Assembly: GCA_028700415.1 (NCBI GenBank)
Contig: JAQVSS010000001.1
Span: forward strand, 955 to 64,954
Direction of reading: 5' to 3'
From: Kiritimatiellia bacterium
Lineage (GTDB): Bacteria > Verrucomicrobiota > Kiritimatiellia > RFP12 > UBA1067
DNA length: 64,000 nucleotides
The notes beneath the pieces were generated by a model. That model made no database searches. It was not told where the DNA came from and saw only the letters and a list, made by a program, of their open reading frames with translations. A program made the position numbers and the translations under genes. This document shows, in pieces, positions 9,741 to 19,172 of this stretch. The stretch's first letter is position 1; each line of letters opens with the position of its first letter.

Positions 9741-10567
9741 ATTGCCTTCCTCTCTGTACCGTTGCCGGCGCGGGGAATCTGCACGTTCCCCGTTCCCCCA
9801 AGTTTCAGTCCATCGTAGCTCACCCGTATGCCCGGCGGCAGTCGCGCCTCCAGCTCGGCATGGTCCACATCGTGGCACAAATGAATCAGGTATGACTCTT
9901 TCGCGCCGATCTTCGACAACAGCGCCAAACTCTCTTCCACACAGATGTGCGAAGGGTGCGGCGTGTACCGGAGCGCGTCGAGGATCATCAGGTCCACGCC
10001 ATGCAACGCACGCACCGTCGCCTCCGGCATGGCGTGACAGTCAGGCACATACCCGAACCTGCGCCCGCCGTGCTCGATCAGGTATCCCGTCATTTTGCGC
10101 CCGTGCCGCACGTCGAGCGGCGTCAGCCGCACACCGCCGATCCCGAAAGGCCCGGTGATCTCAACAAACTCCACAACCGGCCGGTAGAGGCCGTGGGGCG
10201 AGGGCTTGTTGCCGACATAGTTGAACACGCGCTGCACATCCGCCAGCGTCTCCGCATCCGCATACGTCGGGATCGCGCGCTTCTGGAGGGTGTTGAAACG
10301 CCGGATGTCGTCAAACCCGAAAATGTGATCCGCATGGGCGTGGGTGAACACCACCGCGTCCACCCGCTCGATCCCGAAGTCCAACGCCTGCTGCCGGAAA
10401 TCCGGCGGCGTATCGATCACGAACGCCGTCTCTTCCGTGCGCACATACAGGCTCGTCCTGCGGCGCGTGTTCCGGGGATCTTTCGACGAGCACACCGCGC
10501 AGTGGCAACCGATCATCGGCACCCCCACCGAGGTTCCCGTCCCTAAAAAAGTCACTTCCATGGGCAT
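9737..10567 (-). CDS. MBL-fold metallo-hydrolase (PhnP/LipB-like phosphodiesterase)
   Basis: FLGTGTSVGVP..GCHCAVC, IDTPPDFRQQ, THAHADH, LIHLCH, SYDG. Confidence 0.92.
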   Translation of the reverse strand: MPMEVTFLGTGTSVGVPMIGCHCAVCSSKDPRNTRRRTSLYVRTEETAFVIDTPPDFRQQALDFGIERVDAVVFTHAHADHIFGFDDIRRFNTLQKRAIPTYADAETLADVQRVFNYVGNKPSPHGLYRPVVEFVEITGPFGIGGVRLTPLDVRHGRKMTGYLIEHGGRRFGYVPDCHAMPEATVRALHGVDLMILDALRYTPHPSHICVEESLALLSKIGAKESYLIHLCHDVDHAELEARLPPGIRVSYDGLKLGGTGNVQIPRAGNGTERKAI

Positions 10568-10702
10568 CGGCGCAAGTATACCACAAGCCCCCCCATCCGC
10601 CACCCTCAATTCCCCGCCCTCATTATCGCGTCTTGGAATCCGCTGGACGATCCGGCACAGTACGGTGTACGCTGTGCCCCTTGGTCTTGGGACAGCGCGG
10701 CG

Positions 10703-11164
10703 ACGCGCTACCCGTTCTGTTTCTCCGGCGGGCACAACGAGCCGAACACCGCCTCCATGCTTCCCTACATCCCGTTCAACGACGATCTGAACCGTTTCAT
10801 CTTCACGGTCACCGGACTCCCGTGGGACAAGGCCAAGGTCACATGGGGCAACACCTCCAAGACGTTCGCCAAAGCGGAGCTGGAGAAGGGCGTCAATCTC
10901 GCCGCCGCGTTCGCCGAGGCGAACCCTTTTCGGGAGCCGTTCTCAAAAGTCAGGGATGCGGTCGCGAAAAAGCAAAGTTTCGAAACCGTCCTGATCAAGT
11001 CTCACATCACGCATCTGAAGCCGCTCGAGGATGACCCCGACTGCAAAGCCGCCGCGGAGGCCTTTAAGGCCATGCTGCTGAAAAAACGCGAGGCCCTCCG
11101 CAAAGCCGTCAGCGAGGCGGTTGTCCCGGTCAGAAGCACGCTGAAGGTCGAGCCCGCCGGCTGA
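10703..11164 (+). pseudogene. 5'-truncated remnant resembling the C-terminal half of PVC-type SGNH/GDSL hydrolases
   Basis: In-frame TRYPFCF upstream of ATG 10757, then PFNDDLNRF, KVTWG, LEKGVNLAA.F..NPF, VAKKQ.FET; no GDS catalytic N-terminus and no room for one. Confidence 0.55.
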
Positions 11165-11175
11165 CGCGCCTGGCC

Positions 11176-13086
11176 TCACTTCTCCGGTAACGCCGCGGAG
11201 CCCACGCCGCGGCGCATCTGTTCCTGAAGCGCTCCGAGGTGGTTTTGGAAGACGCCGCGCGGGGTCGTGTTGTGGCGGGTGCAGAGCGACGCCGCCATGC
11301 CGACCACCTCGCCCATCATGCCGCCCGTGCGCATCACGCGCACGGAACCGAGCGCCACATGCGTCACGCTGATGTCGCGTCCAGCCATCAGGAGATTCTC
11401 GACGTTGCGGCTGTACAGGCACCGGTAAGGGAAGGCGTAGGGCTTGATCTCCTTGCTCTTCGCGATGGAACGGAATTCCAGGCCGGGAAACTGCCTGCTG
11501 TTCTCAGGGTTCGGATAGTGAAGGTCCAGCCCCCACGTCGTGGTGACGCAGGCGTCGGGATAGGCGCGCTGTTCCTCGATGTCCTGCTGGCACAGGATCA
11601 CGTCGCCCAGCAGTCGGCGGCTCTCGCGCTTGCCGCCAATGTAGGCGACCCAAGACAAACGCCGGTTGGCGAAGGCCGCCTTCTTGGAACTGTGGTTCTT
11701 GAGAAAAGCCCAGTTGCCAAAGGTCGCGCGCAGGGCGAGATCCCGGATCTGCTCGATGTCCCGGACCGAGTCGAGGTTCAACCCGGCCTCCCAATCCCAG
11801 TCGCCGCGCGTCATCGGCTGCGAGGTCTCCTCTGTAAAAGGCAGTGCCCACGGACATTCCGGGAAGGGCACTGCCCTTTCCTCGTTCTCCGAGTACCATT
11901 GTACCGACACCCCCATCATCAGCGCGTCGGCCTGTTCGGGGGCGAGATCCTCACCCGTTTCGCCCTTTGATTCGCGGCCGGAACGGAAATCGGCGCCGGC
12001 CAGAAAACCGACGCAGCCGTCGCCCGTGCAGTCGGCGAACAGGCGTCCGCGGAAACGCGTGTCGCGCCCCGTCACGATATCCCGCCCCACGACCGCCGCA
12101 ATGCGTGCGCCCTCCTTCTCGGCCTTGGTCACGCGCGTCGACAAAAACAGCCGAAGGTTCTTCTCGCCCTGCACGACGCGGAGCTTCTGCGCGTCTTCGT
12201 AATTGCCGGCCGGCCCCGCGTTATGCTGCTTCTTTTCGGGATGCGCCGCGATGACCGAGAAAACTTCTTTGCTGCGCGGCAAACCGGGGTTACGTTTGGC
12301 GTCATAGAAGTTCCAATGGCCGACCGGGCCGATTTCGTCCACAAGGTCTCCGAGCCGCGGGTAGGGTTTCTGGTGGATCAAACCGGAGAGGCCGACGCGC
12401 GTCTCGGAACTGTTGTTTCCGCCGAGCACCGGACGGTCGTGGACAAGGGCGACCCGGCATCCCAGCCGCGCCGCGCTGACCGCCGCACAGCAGCCGGCCA
12501 TGCCCCCGCCCACCACCACGAGGTCGTACCCGCCCCCGTCTTCCGGCACACCGGACAGGCCCAGCGCCTGGCGCCGGAACGTTTCCATGGGCACACCCTC
12601 ATTGGGCGGGACGAGCCGGTCATCGGTCGTCAGCAGAACCGCGTCGCAACGCCCATCGAACCCGGTCAGGTCATGCAGCGCGAGCTTGACGGTGCCTGCT
12701 GGCAGCTCGACCTTGCCGCCCTCCTGCCAGTGCCACGCCGCGCCCTCCGCGCCAAACAGCGTGCCGAGCACGCGCCCGTTGACGGCCAGCTGAAACTTGC
12801 CCGGCGCGCCCGGCGCCTTCCACGTCGCCACCCAGTCCCGGGTGCGGACCAGCACGCGATAGGTCCCCGCCGAAGGGACCGCCACCGTTGTCACGGCGTC
12901 CGCCACCGGCACACCCAGCCCGTGCGCAAGCAGATACGGCGAACCCATCTGATCCATCGCCTGTTGGTCGATGACCCACCCGCCCCGGTCCGAAAACCCT
13001 TCGGCCTCGACGAGAATGTCCGCCCCCCGCGCCTCCCGTATCCCAGCCGTAAAAAGCAAGACCGCCATAACAATCGGGTTTCTCAT
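11176..13086 (-). CDS. exported FAD-dependent oxidoreductase (FAD_oxidored type) with N-terminal beta-sandwich domain
   Basis: Signal peptide; VEAE.F...GGW; VVGGGMAG, LGGNNSSE, DCTGDG, KRESRR, FPYRCLYSRNVENLLMAGR. Confidence 0.9.
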   Translation of the reverse strand: MRNPIVMAVLLFTAGIREARGADILVEAEGFSDRGGWVIDQQAMDQMGSPYLLAHGLGVPVADAVTTVAVPSAGTYRVLVRTRDWVATWKAPGAPGKFQLAVNGRVLGTLFGAEGAAWHWQEGGKVELPAGTVKLALHDLTGFDGRCDAVLLTTDDRLVPPNEGVPMETFRRQALGLSGVPEDGGGYDLVVVGGGMAGCCAAVSAARLGCRVALVHDRPVLGGNNSSETRVGLSGLIHQKPYPRLGDLVDEIGPVGHWNFYDAKRNPGLPRSKEVFSVIAAHPEKKQHNAGPAGNYEDAQKLRVVQGEKNLRLFLSTRVTKAEKEGARIAAVVGRDIVTGRDTRFRGRLFADCTGDGCVGFLAGADFRSGRESKGETGEDLAPEQADALMMGVSVQWYSENEERAVPFPECPWALPFTEETSQPMTRGDWDWEAGLNLDSVRDIEQIRDLALRATFGNWAFLKNHSSKKAAFANRRLSWVAYIGGKRESRRLLGDVILCQQDIEEQRAYPDACVTTTWGLDLHYPNPENSRQFPGLEFRSIAKSKEIKPYAFPYRCLYSRNVENLLMAGRDISVTHVALGSVRVMRTGGMMGEVVGMAASLCTRHNTTPRGVFQNHLGALQEQMRRGVGSAALPEK

Positions 13087-13117
13087 TGTGTTTTGTTTTC
13101 CTTATTATGATCGGGTT

Positions 13118-15169
13118 TCAATCCTCTACGCGCCTGAGCGGCTCATCCAGATGCGCGGAAACCGCGGCCCGGGGCGGCGTCAGCAGGCAAATGTCCGCGA
13201 ACTTGGCCATGGCCAGCGTCGCGGGATCCTGCGAACAGACAGCGAGTCCGATCGCATTGCCCGGAGGCAGTTCCAGTGAGCACTCGGCGAAAGGATACCA
13301 GTTGCGGCCATAGCTGGAGACACAGGCCTGAAACATCTTGCCGTTGCGGATGATCTTGAGATAAACCGGGAGCTGGAGCGGGCGCCCGGTGCGTTTGACG
13401 ATGACAGCCGTCTCATCCGGTTTCCGGGTTTGCAGGAACAGCTCGCCGCTGCCGAGAAATCCGAAGAGCAACCCGGGCCCATGCGTAAAGTCATCCCCCT
13501 TGACCAGCAGGCCTGTAATGGCTAACCCGTTCTTATCGGCGATCATTTTGACTTGCGCGGACAACGAATAGTCGCCCGAGACTTTCGTCCATACGAACCG
13601 GCCACAGTCGTGACCGTTCCACATGCCTGTGCCCGTGCTCTGAACAACCACTGTTTCGCCCATCTGGATCGTGCTGCCGTGCGGCACGGGCTCGCCAAGA
13701 TTGACGCTTTGCCATTTCGGTTGGATGCGGGTGGTGAAAAGTTCCGGAATGGGTACAGAGAGTGCCGGCGAGGGGGGCTTGACCGGCAAAGGCGCGCCTT
13801 GTTGGGGAGCGCCCTCCTTCCGGACAGGCGCAACAGGTTCAGTCTGAGGTTGCGGCCGGCCGACCGGCAGCGCCGCAGTTTTCGCCGGTTCCGCATCCCC
13901 GCTGACAGACGCAGCGGCTTCGGGTGCCCGTTGAGCCGCCGAGAGCGTTTTACTCTCCGGGCGTCCGGCGAACTTCCCGTGGAGCCACTCCAACGTCTGA
14001 TCAAAGGAATGTTCCCTGACGGCAATCAGGATTTCGGCCACGGCGATCAGGCCAAGGACGGAGACGAGTGCGTGGCGTCGCGAAGGCAGAGGTATTTTGA
14101 GACGGGCAAAGACACGGTGCGCAAACCCGGAAACGCCGGGGATCCCGGGCGGCGTCGAATCAAGTTGAGCCAGGGCTTCCCGGATACCGGCGGCGACGGC
14201 ATCGCTGTCGAGCTGGCGTTTCTCCGGATCGATTTCGAGCATCCGCATGACCAGTTTCTGCGTAAGCAACGACACGTGGTGCGCATGTTTCCGGAGCGGG
14301 ACGGGGGGGTGCGAGACCCGCGCCTTGAAAATGTCTGCCGACGTCACCCCCTCACTCGGGGGCCGCCCTGCCAACAGGTGGTAAAGCGTGGCCCCGAGGC
14401 TATAGAGGTCGCTGCGATGGGTGTCGGCGGATCCCCGGATCAGTTCCGGGGCAATATAGAACGGTGTGCCCAGAAGGGTTCCTCTGCTGTCACGGCGCCT
14501 CATGCCGGAGAGCCCGAAATCGACGAGCTTGGCGTTGCCGTCCCGGTCGAGCACGATGTTACCCGGCTTGATATCACCGTGTGCCAAGCCTTCGCGGTGA
14601 AGAGCCGACAACCCGTCCGCCACATCCAAGGCCATCCGCAGAGCCGCGCGCTCATCAATGTGCCCCTCGCGCGCCAGCCTCTGGGCGAAATCTTCGCCCG
14701 TCACCAGTTCCATGACCAGAAAAGGAAAGCCGTTTGAGAAATTGAGCGCATGCACCTGAGCCACCCGGGGATGATTCAGTTTCCCCGCGGCACAAGCCTC
14801 GTTGCGCAGTTGCTCGCAGGACTCAGGGTCGTCGACATGACACCCCCGGACCAATTTGATCGCCACGTCGCGCTTCAGGGATTCGTCGGTCGCACGGTAG
14901 ACTGTCCCCATCTCGCCTTCACCGATGCGCTGATACAAAAGGAAACCGCCCACCCGCCCCGGCACAAAAACCTTGCCCCCACACTTTGGGCAAAGCAGGC
15001 TTGAGAGAGGTTTGGCGTTTGCCAGCGGCACGACCTCTTTACAGTGCGGGCAGTTTGTCTCCGGCACGCTTTCGAAGAGTATCCCGGTTTGGGGAACACT
15101 CCTCAGCACCCCGACAGGATCACGCTTCACGGCGCGCAGAACAATTGTTGTGTCTGGTTCAGTTGCCAC
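13118..15169 (-). CDS. membrane Ser/Thr (Hanks) protein kinase with N-terminal Zn ribbon and C-terminal ConA-like beta-sandwich
   Basis: CPHC..CPKC; IGEGEMGTVY, VAIK, HGDIKPGN, DFG, GTPFYIAPE, SDLYSLG; hydrophobic segment; Pro/Ala linker; start uncertain. Confidence 0.9.
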   Translation of the reverse strand: MATEPDTTIVLRAVKRDPVGVLRSVPQTGILFESVPETNCPHCKEVVPLANAKPLSSLLCPKCGGKVFVPGRVGGFLLYQRIGEGEMGTVYRATDESLKRDVAIKLVRGCHVDDPESCEQLRNEACAAGKLNHPRVAQVHALNFSNGFPFLVMELVTGEDFAQRLAREGHIDERAALRMALDVADGLSALHREGLAHGDIKPGNIVLDRDGNAKLVDFGLSGMRRRDSRGTLLGTPFYIAPELIRGSADTHRSDLYSLGATLYHLLAGRPPSEGVTSADIFKARVSHPPVPLRKHAHHVSLLTQKLVMRMLEIDPEKRQLDSDAVAAGIREALAQLDSTPPGIPGVSGFAHRVFARLKIPLPSRRHALVSVLGLIAVAEILIAVREHSFDQTLEWLHGKFAGRPESKTLSAAQRAPEAAASVSGDAEPAKTAALPVGRPQPQTEPVAPVRKEGAPQQGAPLPVKPPSPALSVPIPELFTTRIQPKWQSVNLGEPVPHGSTIQMGETVVVQSTGTGMWNGHDCGRFVWTKVSGDYSLSAQVKMIADKNGLAITGLLVKGDDFTHGPGLLFGFLGSGELFLQTRKPDETAVIVKRTGRPLQLPVYLKIIRNGKMFQACVSSYGRNWYPFAECSLELPPGNAIGLAVCSQDPATLAMAKFADICLLTPPRAAVSAHLDEPLRRVED

Positions 15170-15278
15170 AGTATTACCAAAACATTTTCGGGTGAATTAT
15201 CACATAATCGGGCACCTCAACACAACACCATATGCCGTAAACGCCATATTTATTGGAGATTTGGAGATTGCCGCAGGA

Positions 15279-15307
15279 TTGACAGGCACTCCCGAATTCT
15301 TTAAAGT
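15279..15307 (+). promoter_or_regulatory. sigma70-like promoter for the STAS operon
   Basis: TTGACA-17-TAAAGT. Confidence 0.6.
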
Positions 15308-15381
15308 TAAAAAATCTCCGCTGAAAACAAACATGACGCGTTTCTGCGGACGGGTTCCGAAAAGGCGAAAGGCGGTATGGC

Positions 15382-15717
15382 GTGAATATCTCGATCGAAC
15401 GGAAAAATGAAGTGACGACGGTAGTGGCGGGCGGACGGCTGGATGTCATGGGGGCACCCGAAATCGAGGCGAGCTGCAAAAAGCTGATCGCCGAGGGGAC
15501 CCAACGGCTTCTGCTGGACATGGCGTCGGTCGAGTACATCAGCAGCGCCGGGCTGCGTAGCCTGCTGGTGCTGGCCAAGGCGATGAAGGCCTCTGGGGGC
15601 ACCATGGTCCTGTGCAGCCTGACCGCCGCCGTGCGCGAAGTGATGGAGATTTCCGGCTTTGACAACATTCTTTCGTTGGCTGCAGACCGTCCCGCCGGGA
15701 TGGCTCTGTTAACGTAG
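15382..15717 (+). CDS. STAS-domain anti-sigma-factor antagonist (RsbV/SpoIIAA family)
   Basis: GRLD, LLLDMASVEYISSAGLR with phospho-acceptor Ser, VREVMEISG. Confidence 0.93.
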   Translation: MNISIERKNEVTTVVAGGRLDVMGAPEIEASCKKLIAEGTQRLLLDMASVEYISSAGLRSLLVLAKAMKASGGTMVLCSLTAAVREVMEISGFDNILSLAADRPAGMALLT

Positions 15718-15740
15718 TGCGGACGGATAAAACGCGCCCC

Positions 15741-16763
15741 ATGAAACAGCAAGCGACAACTCGGACACTTTTAGTGAGCCGGTTTTTCACGGCGGCCTTG
15801 CTCGTTTGCCTGTCCGGTTGCTCCGTTTTTGCGCAGGCCCAAGGAGGAGACGCGAAACCGGCACCCGTCCGCATCGCCTTGCAGTGGCTGCCTCAAAGCC
15901 AGTTTGCCGGCTTTTACATGGCCCTTGAGAAAGGCCGCTACCGGGAAGCGGGGCTCGATGTCGTTTTGCTCCATACCGGCCCGGGGCCTTCGTCGCATGA
16001 TTTTCTTGTTCAGGGCAAGGCGGACTTTTCCACCCTGTTTCTGGCCGATGCGGTCTTCGGCAACGGCAAGCCGGCCGCGCTGGCGAACGTGGCCCAGTTT
16101 TCCCAGCGTTCCAACCTCCTGCTGGTGGCCTGGAAAGATATGGGGATCGAAAAACCGGCCGACCTCGACGGGCGCACGGTCAGTTATTGGCAAAGCGCCT
16201 TTTCAATGGCCTTTGATGTCTTTTTCAGGCAGCAGCACATCCGCCCGGTGGCGATACCGCAGCACTATTCGGTCAATCTCTTCCTCAAGCGCGGCGTGGC
16301 CGCCTGCGCCGCCATGACGTACAATGAATACCATCGGATCTATCAGGCCGGCGTGGATTACGACCGGCTGACCGTTTTCAAGATGCGCGACTTCGGCTTG
16401 GGTTTTCCGGAAGACGGGCTCTACACCCTCACCGAAACCGCCAAACGGAAACCCGAGGTGTGCCGGGCGTTACGCGAGGCCACATTGGCGGGCTGGGAAT
16501 ATGCGCGGCGGCACCCGGACGAGGCGGTTGAGACGGTGGTGCGGGAGTCGCGCCGCGCGGGCGTGCCCGTCAACCGTCCGCACACCCTCTGGATGCTGAG
16601 TCATGTGCTTGATTCCGTTTGCCCGCCTGAAGCCGGAGTGCGCCGCGGACATCTCGACCGCTCCGCCTACACGGACACCGTGCGGTCGATGATCGCCGCT
16701 GGGGTGATCAGCCAAGCGCCGCCGTTTGAAGATTTCGCCCCATTTGAAGCGGGAGTGCCATGA
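15741..16763 (+). CDS. NMT1/THI5-like periplasmic substrate-binding protein
   Basis: Signal peptide; LQWLPQSQFAGFYMA, MTYNE, FPEDGLY, GWEYA..HPDEAV. Confidence 0.85.
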   Translation: MKQQATTRTLLVSRFFTAALLVCLSGCSVFAQAQGGDAKPAPVRIALQWLPQSQFAGFYMALEKGRYREAGLDVVLLHTGPGPSSHDFLVQGKADFSTLFLADAVFGNGKPAALANVAQFSQRSNLLLVAWKDMGIEKPADLDGRTVSYWQSAFSMAFDVFFRQQHIRPVAIPQHYSVNLFLKRGVAACAAMTYNEYHRIYQAGVDYDRLTVFKMRDFGLGFPEDGLYTLTETAKRKPEVCRALREATLAGWEYARRHPDEAVETVVRESRRAGVPVNRPHTLWMLSHVLDSVCPPEAGVRRGHLDRSAYTDTVRSMIAAGVISQAPPFEDFAPFEAGVP

Positions 16764-19132
16764 AGGGTTTCAACTCCATTCGACAACGCTTGCTGACCTG
16801 GGTGCTGGCTGTCGCCGGCCTGATCCTGGTGGCGGTCATCGTCTGGAGCTATTCGGCGTCGCGACACCGGCTGGAGGGCGAAATGGAAGCCAAGGCCGGT
16901 TTCCTCGCGGATAGCGCGGCCCGGCAGATTGACGCCCAGCTCGGTGTCCTGCAGGGGGTTGTCCACGGCATGGCTCTCGCACTCGAGTCTCAACATCTGG
17001 CCATGCCGTTTGAGCAGGTGCGCGCGTTACAGACCGAGTGCCTCGAGAAAAACCCCGGTATCTACGGGGTTTGTGTGGCGCTCGAGCCGGAAACGGCACC
17101 ATCCGGCTGGCCGGACCTGGCCCCATGGGGATACCGCGAAGGGAAGGCGTTGGTCTACGAGGGGCTCTCCGGCTCCACCTGCGGGCATCTCAGGGAGGAC
17201 TGGTTCGGCTTGCCGAAACATCTGGGGCGCCCAGTCTGGAGCGAGCCCTACGAATGGAAAGGCGTCCTGATGGTGACCTATTCGGTGCCGGTCTATTCCG
17301 GCGATGCGCCGAAACGCCGGTTTGCAGGCGTGGTCACCTGTGACCTGACCCTCGACTGGCTCGACCGCATGATCGCGGCCCTCCCGTTGGGCAAAGGCGG
17401 CTACGGTCTGCTGATCAGCCGGAACGCGACCTACGTGGCGCACCCCCTCCGCGAGCTTGTGCTCAACGAAACGGTCTACAGCATCGCCGAAGCGCGCAAC
17501 GACCCGGCACTGAGGAAGACCGGGCAACAGATGGTTTCCGGGAAACCGGGCGTCATCCCCTTCAAAAGTTTCGTCACGGAAGACCTCTCTTGGCTGGCCT
17601 ATACGCCGCTGCGCTCCGGCGACTGGATCATGGCCGCGATTATTTCGCGCGACGAAATGAATGCGGCCATCATCCAATTGAGCCGCAACCAAATGGCCAT
17701 CGGCCTGCTCGGCTTGCTCCTGCTCGCGCTGGCCATCGGGCGCATCGCACGTTCAATCACACGCCCCCTCGCCAAGCTGAGCGAAGCGGCCAACACGCTC
17801 GCGGGCGGCAACCTGGATGCGCCCTTGCCGGAGCCGCCGGGACGGGACGAAGTGGCCCATTTGACCCATGCGTTTGCCGAAATGCGCGACAACCTCCGCC
17901 GCTACGTCTCGGATTTGCGCGAAACAACGGCCGCCCGTGAACGGATGAGCAGCGAGTTGCGCATCGCGCACGACATCCAAATGGGGCTTGTCCCGAAAAC
18001 CTTCCCCGCCTTCCCTTCGAGGAACGATCTCGATTTGTACGGGGTGCTCGAACCGGCGCGGGAGGTCGGCGGCGATTTCTACGACTTCTTCCTGCTGGAC
18101 GACAACCGGATCGCCCTGGCCATCGGCGACGTTTCCGGCAAGGGAGTGCCCGCAGCCCTGTTCATGGCCGTCACGCGCAGCTTCCTGCGCTCCGCGTTCA
18201 AAGCCGAGACCGATCCGGCCGCAGTGATGGCCAACGTCAACGGGGAATTGGTCGAGGGCAACGACACCTGCATGTTTGTGACGCTTTTCTGCGCGGTGCT
18301 CGATCTGACCACCGGACGCCTGCGATACGCCAATGCCGGACACAATCCGCCCGCCATCCGCCATCCCGATGGGAGCGCCGAATGGATCGCGCGGCCGCGG
18401 GGCCCCATCGCCGGCGTCGTGCCCAAAGCCGTCTATGAGGACGGGACCCTCGTCCTGTCAGCCGACGACACGCTGATTCTCTATACCGACGGCGTGACCG
18501 AAGCGATGAATGCGGCGGAGGAACTCTACGGGGAAAAACGGATGTCCGACAGCCTTGCGGCCCCCGCGTGCGGCGGAGATTGCCGCACCACAACCGAACG
18601 GATGCTTGCGGACATCCGTGCCTTCACGCAGGGGGCCGAGCAATCCGACGACATCACCCTGTTGGTCATCAAGAGCCGCACGGCTTCCGCGCTGCCCCCC
18701 CCCGATTGTGCTGCGGGGCACCACGAGTTTTCCGTGGAGAACAATTTCGCCGACATGGAGCGGGTGCTGGACGACGTGGGGGCACTTCTGGACGCACGCC
18801 AGTTTTCCGCAAAACGGAACTATTCGGTGAGGCTCGCTTTGGATGAACTGCTCTCCAACGTCATCAAATATGCCTACGACGACGCCTCCAGCCACCGGAT
18901 CGCGCTGAACCTCGAACTGGACATCCCGTTCGCTTTGACGATCGCCGACGACGGCAAACCGTTCAACCCTTTGGAAGACGCCCCTCCCCCGGTCCTCGAC
19001 GGGCCGGTGGAGGACCGGCCCATCGGCGGACTGGGGCTGCACATCCTTCAGAAGATGGGCATGAAACTGGCCTACCGCCGGGAGAACAACCGCAATGTCC
19101 TGCGCGTCGTAATCCCCGAAGACGAACATTGA
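16760..19132 (+). CDS. Cache-HAMP-SpoIIE (PP2C) phosphatase fused to an RsbW-type HATPase kinase
   Basis: TM-dCache(WSEPY)-TM-HAMP; VGGDFYD, GDVSGKG, YTDGVTEA, QSDDIT; C-terminal ELLSNVIKYAY, DDGKPFNP, RPIGGLGL. Confidence 0.92.
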   Translation: MKGFNSIRQRLLTWVLAVAGLILVAVIVWSYSASRHRLEGEMEAKAGFLADSAARQIDAQLGVLQGVVHGMALALESQHLAMPFEQVRALQTECLEKNPGIYGVCVALEPETAPSGWPDLAPWGYREGKALVYEGLSGSTCGHLREDWFGLPKHLGRPVWSEPYEWKGVLMVTYSVPVYSGDAPKRRFAGVVTCDLTLDWLDRMIAALPLGKGGYGLLISRNATYVAHPLRELVLNETVYSIAEARNDPALRKTGQQMVSGKPGVIPFKSFVTEDLSWLAYTPLRSGDWIMAAIISRDEMNAAIIQLSRNQMAIGLLGLLLLALAIGRIARSITRPLAKLSEAANTLAGGNLDAPLPEPPGRDEVAHLTHAFAEMRDNLRRYVSDLRETTAARERMSSELRIAHDIQMGLVPKTFPAFPSRNDLDLYGVLEPAREVGGDFYDFFLLDDNRIALAIGDVSGKGVPAALFMAVTRSFLRSAFKAETDPAAVMANVNGELVEGNDTCMFVTLFCAVLDLTTGRLRYANAGHNPPAIRHPDGSAEWIARPRGPIAGVVPKAVYEDGTLVLSADDTLILYTDGVTEAMNAAEELYGEKRMSDSLAAPACGGDCRTTTERMLADIRAFTQGAEQSDDITLLVIKSRTASALPPPDCAAGHHEFSVENNFADMERVLDDVGALLDARQFSAKRNYSVRLALDELLSNVIKYAYDDASSHRIALNLELDIPFALTIADDGKPFNPLEDAPPPVLDGPVEDRPIGGLGLHILQKMGMKLAYRRENNRNVLRVVIPEDEH

Positions 19133-19172
19133 AACCGAAATCTTTAAGCTGTTTTGGGAGTTTTTTGCCGTC

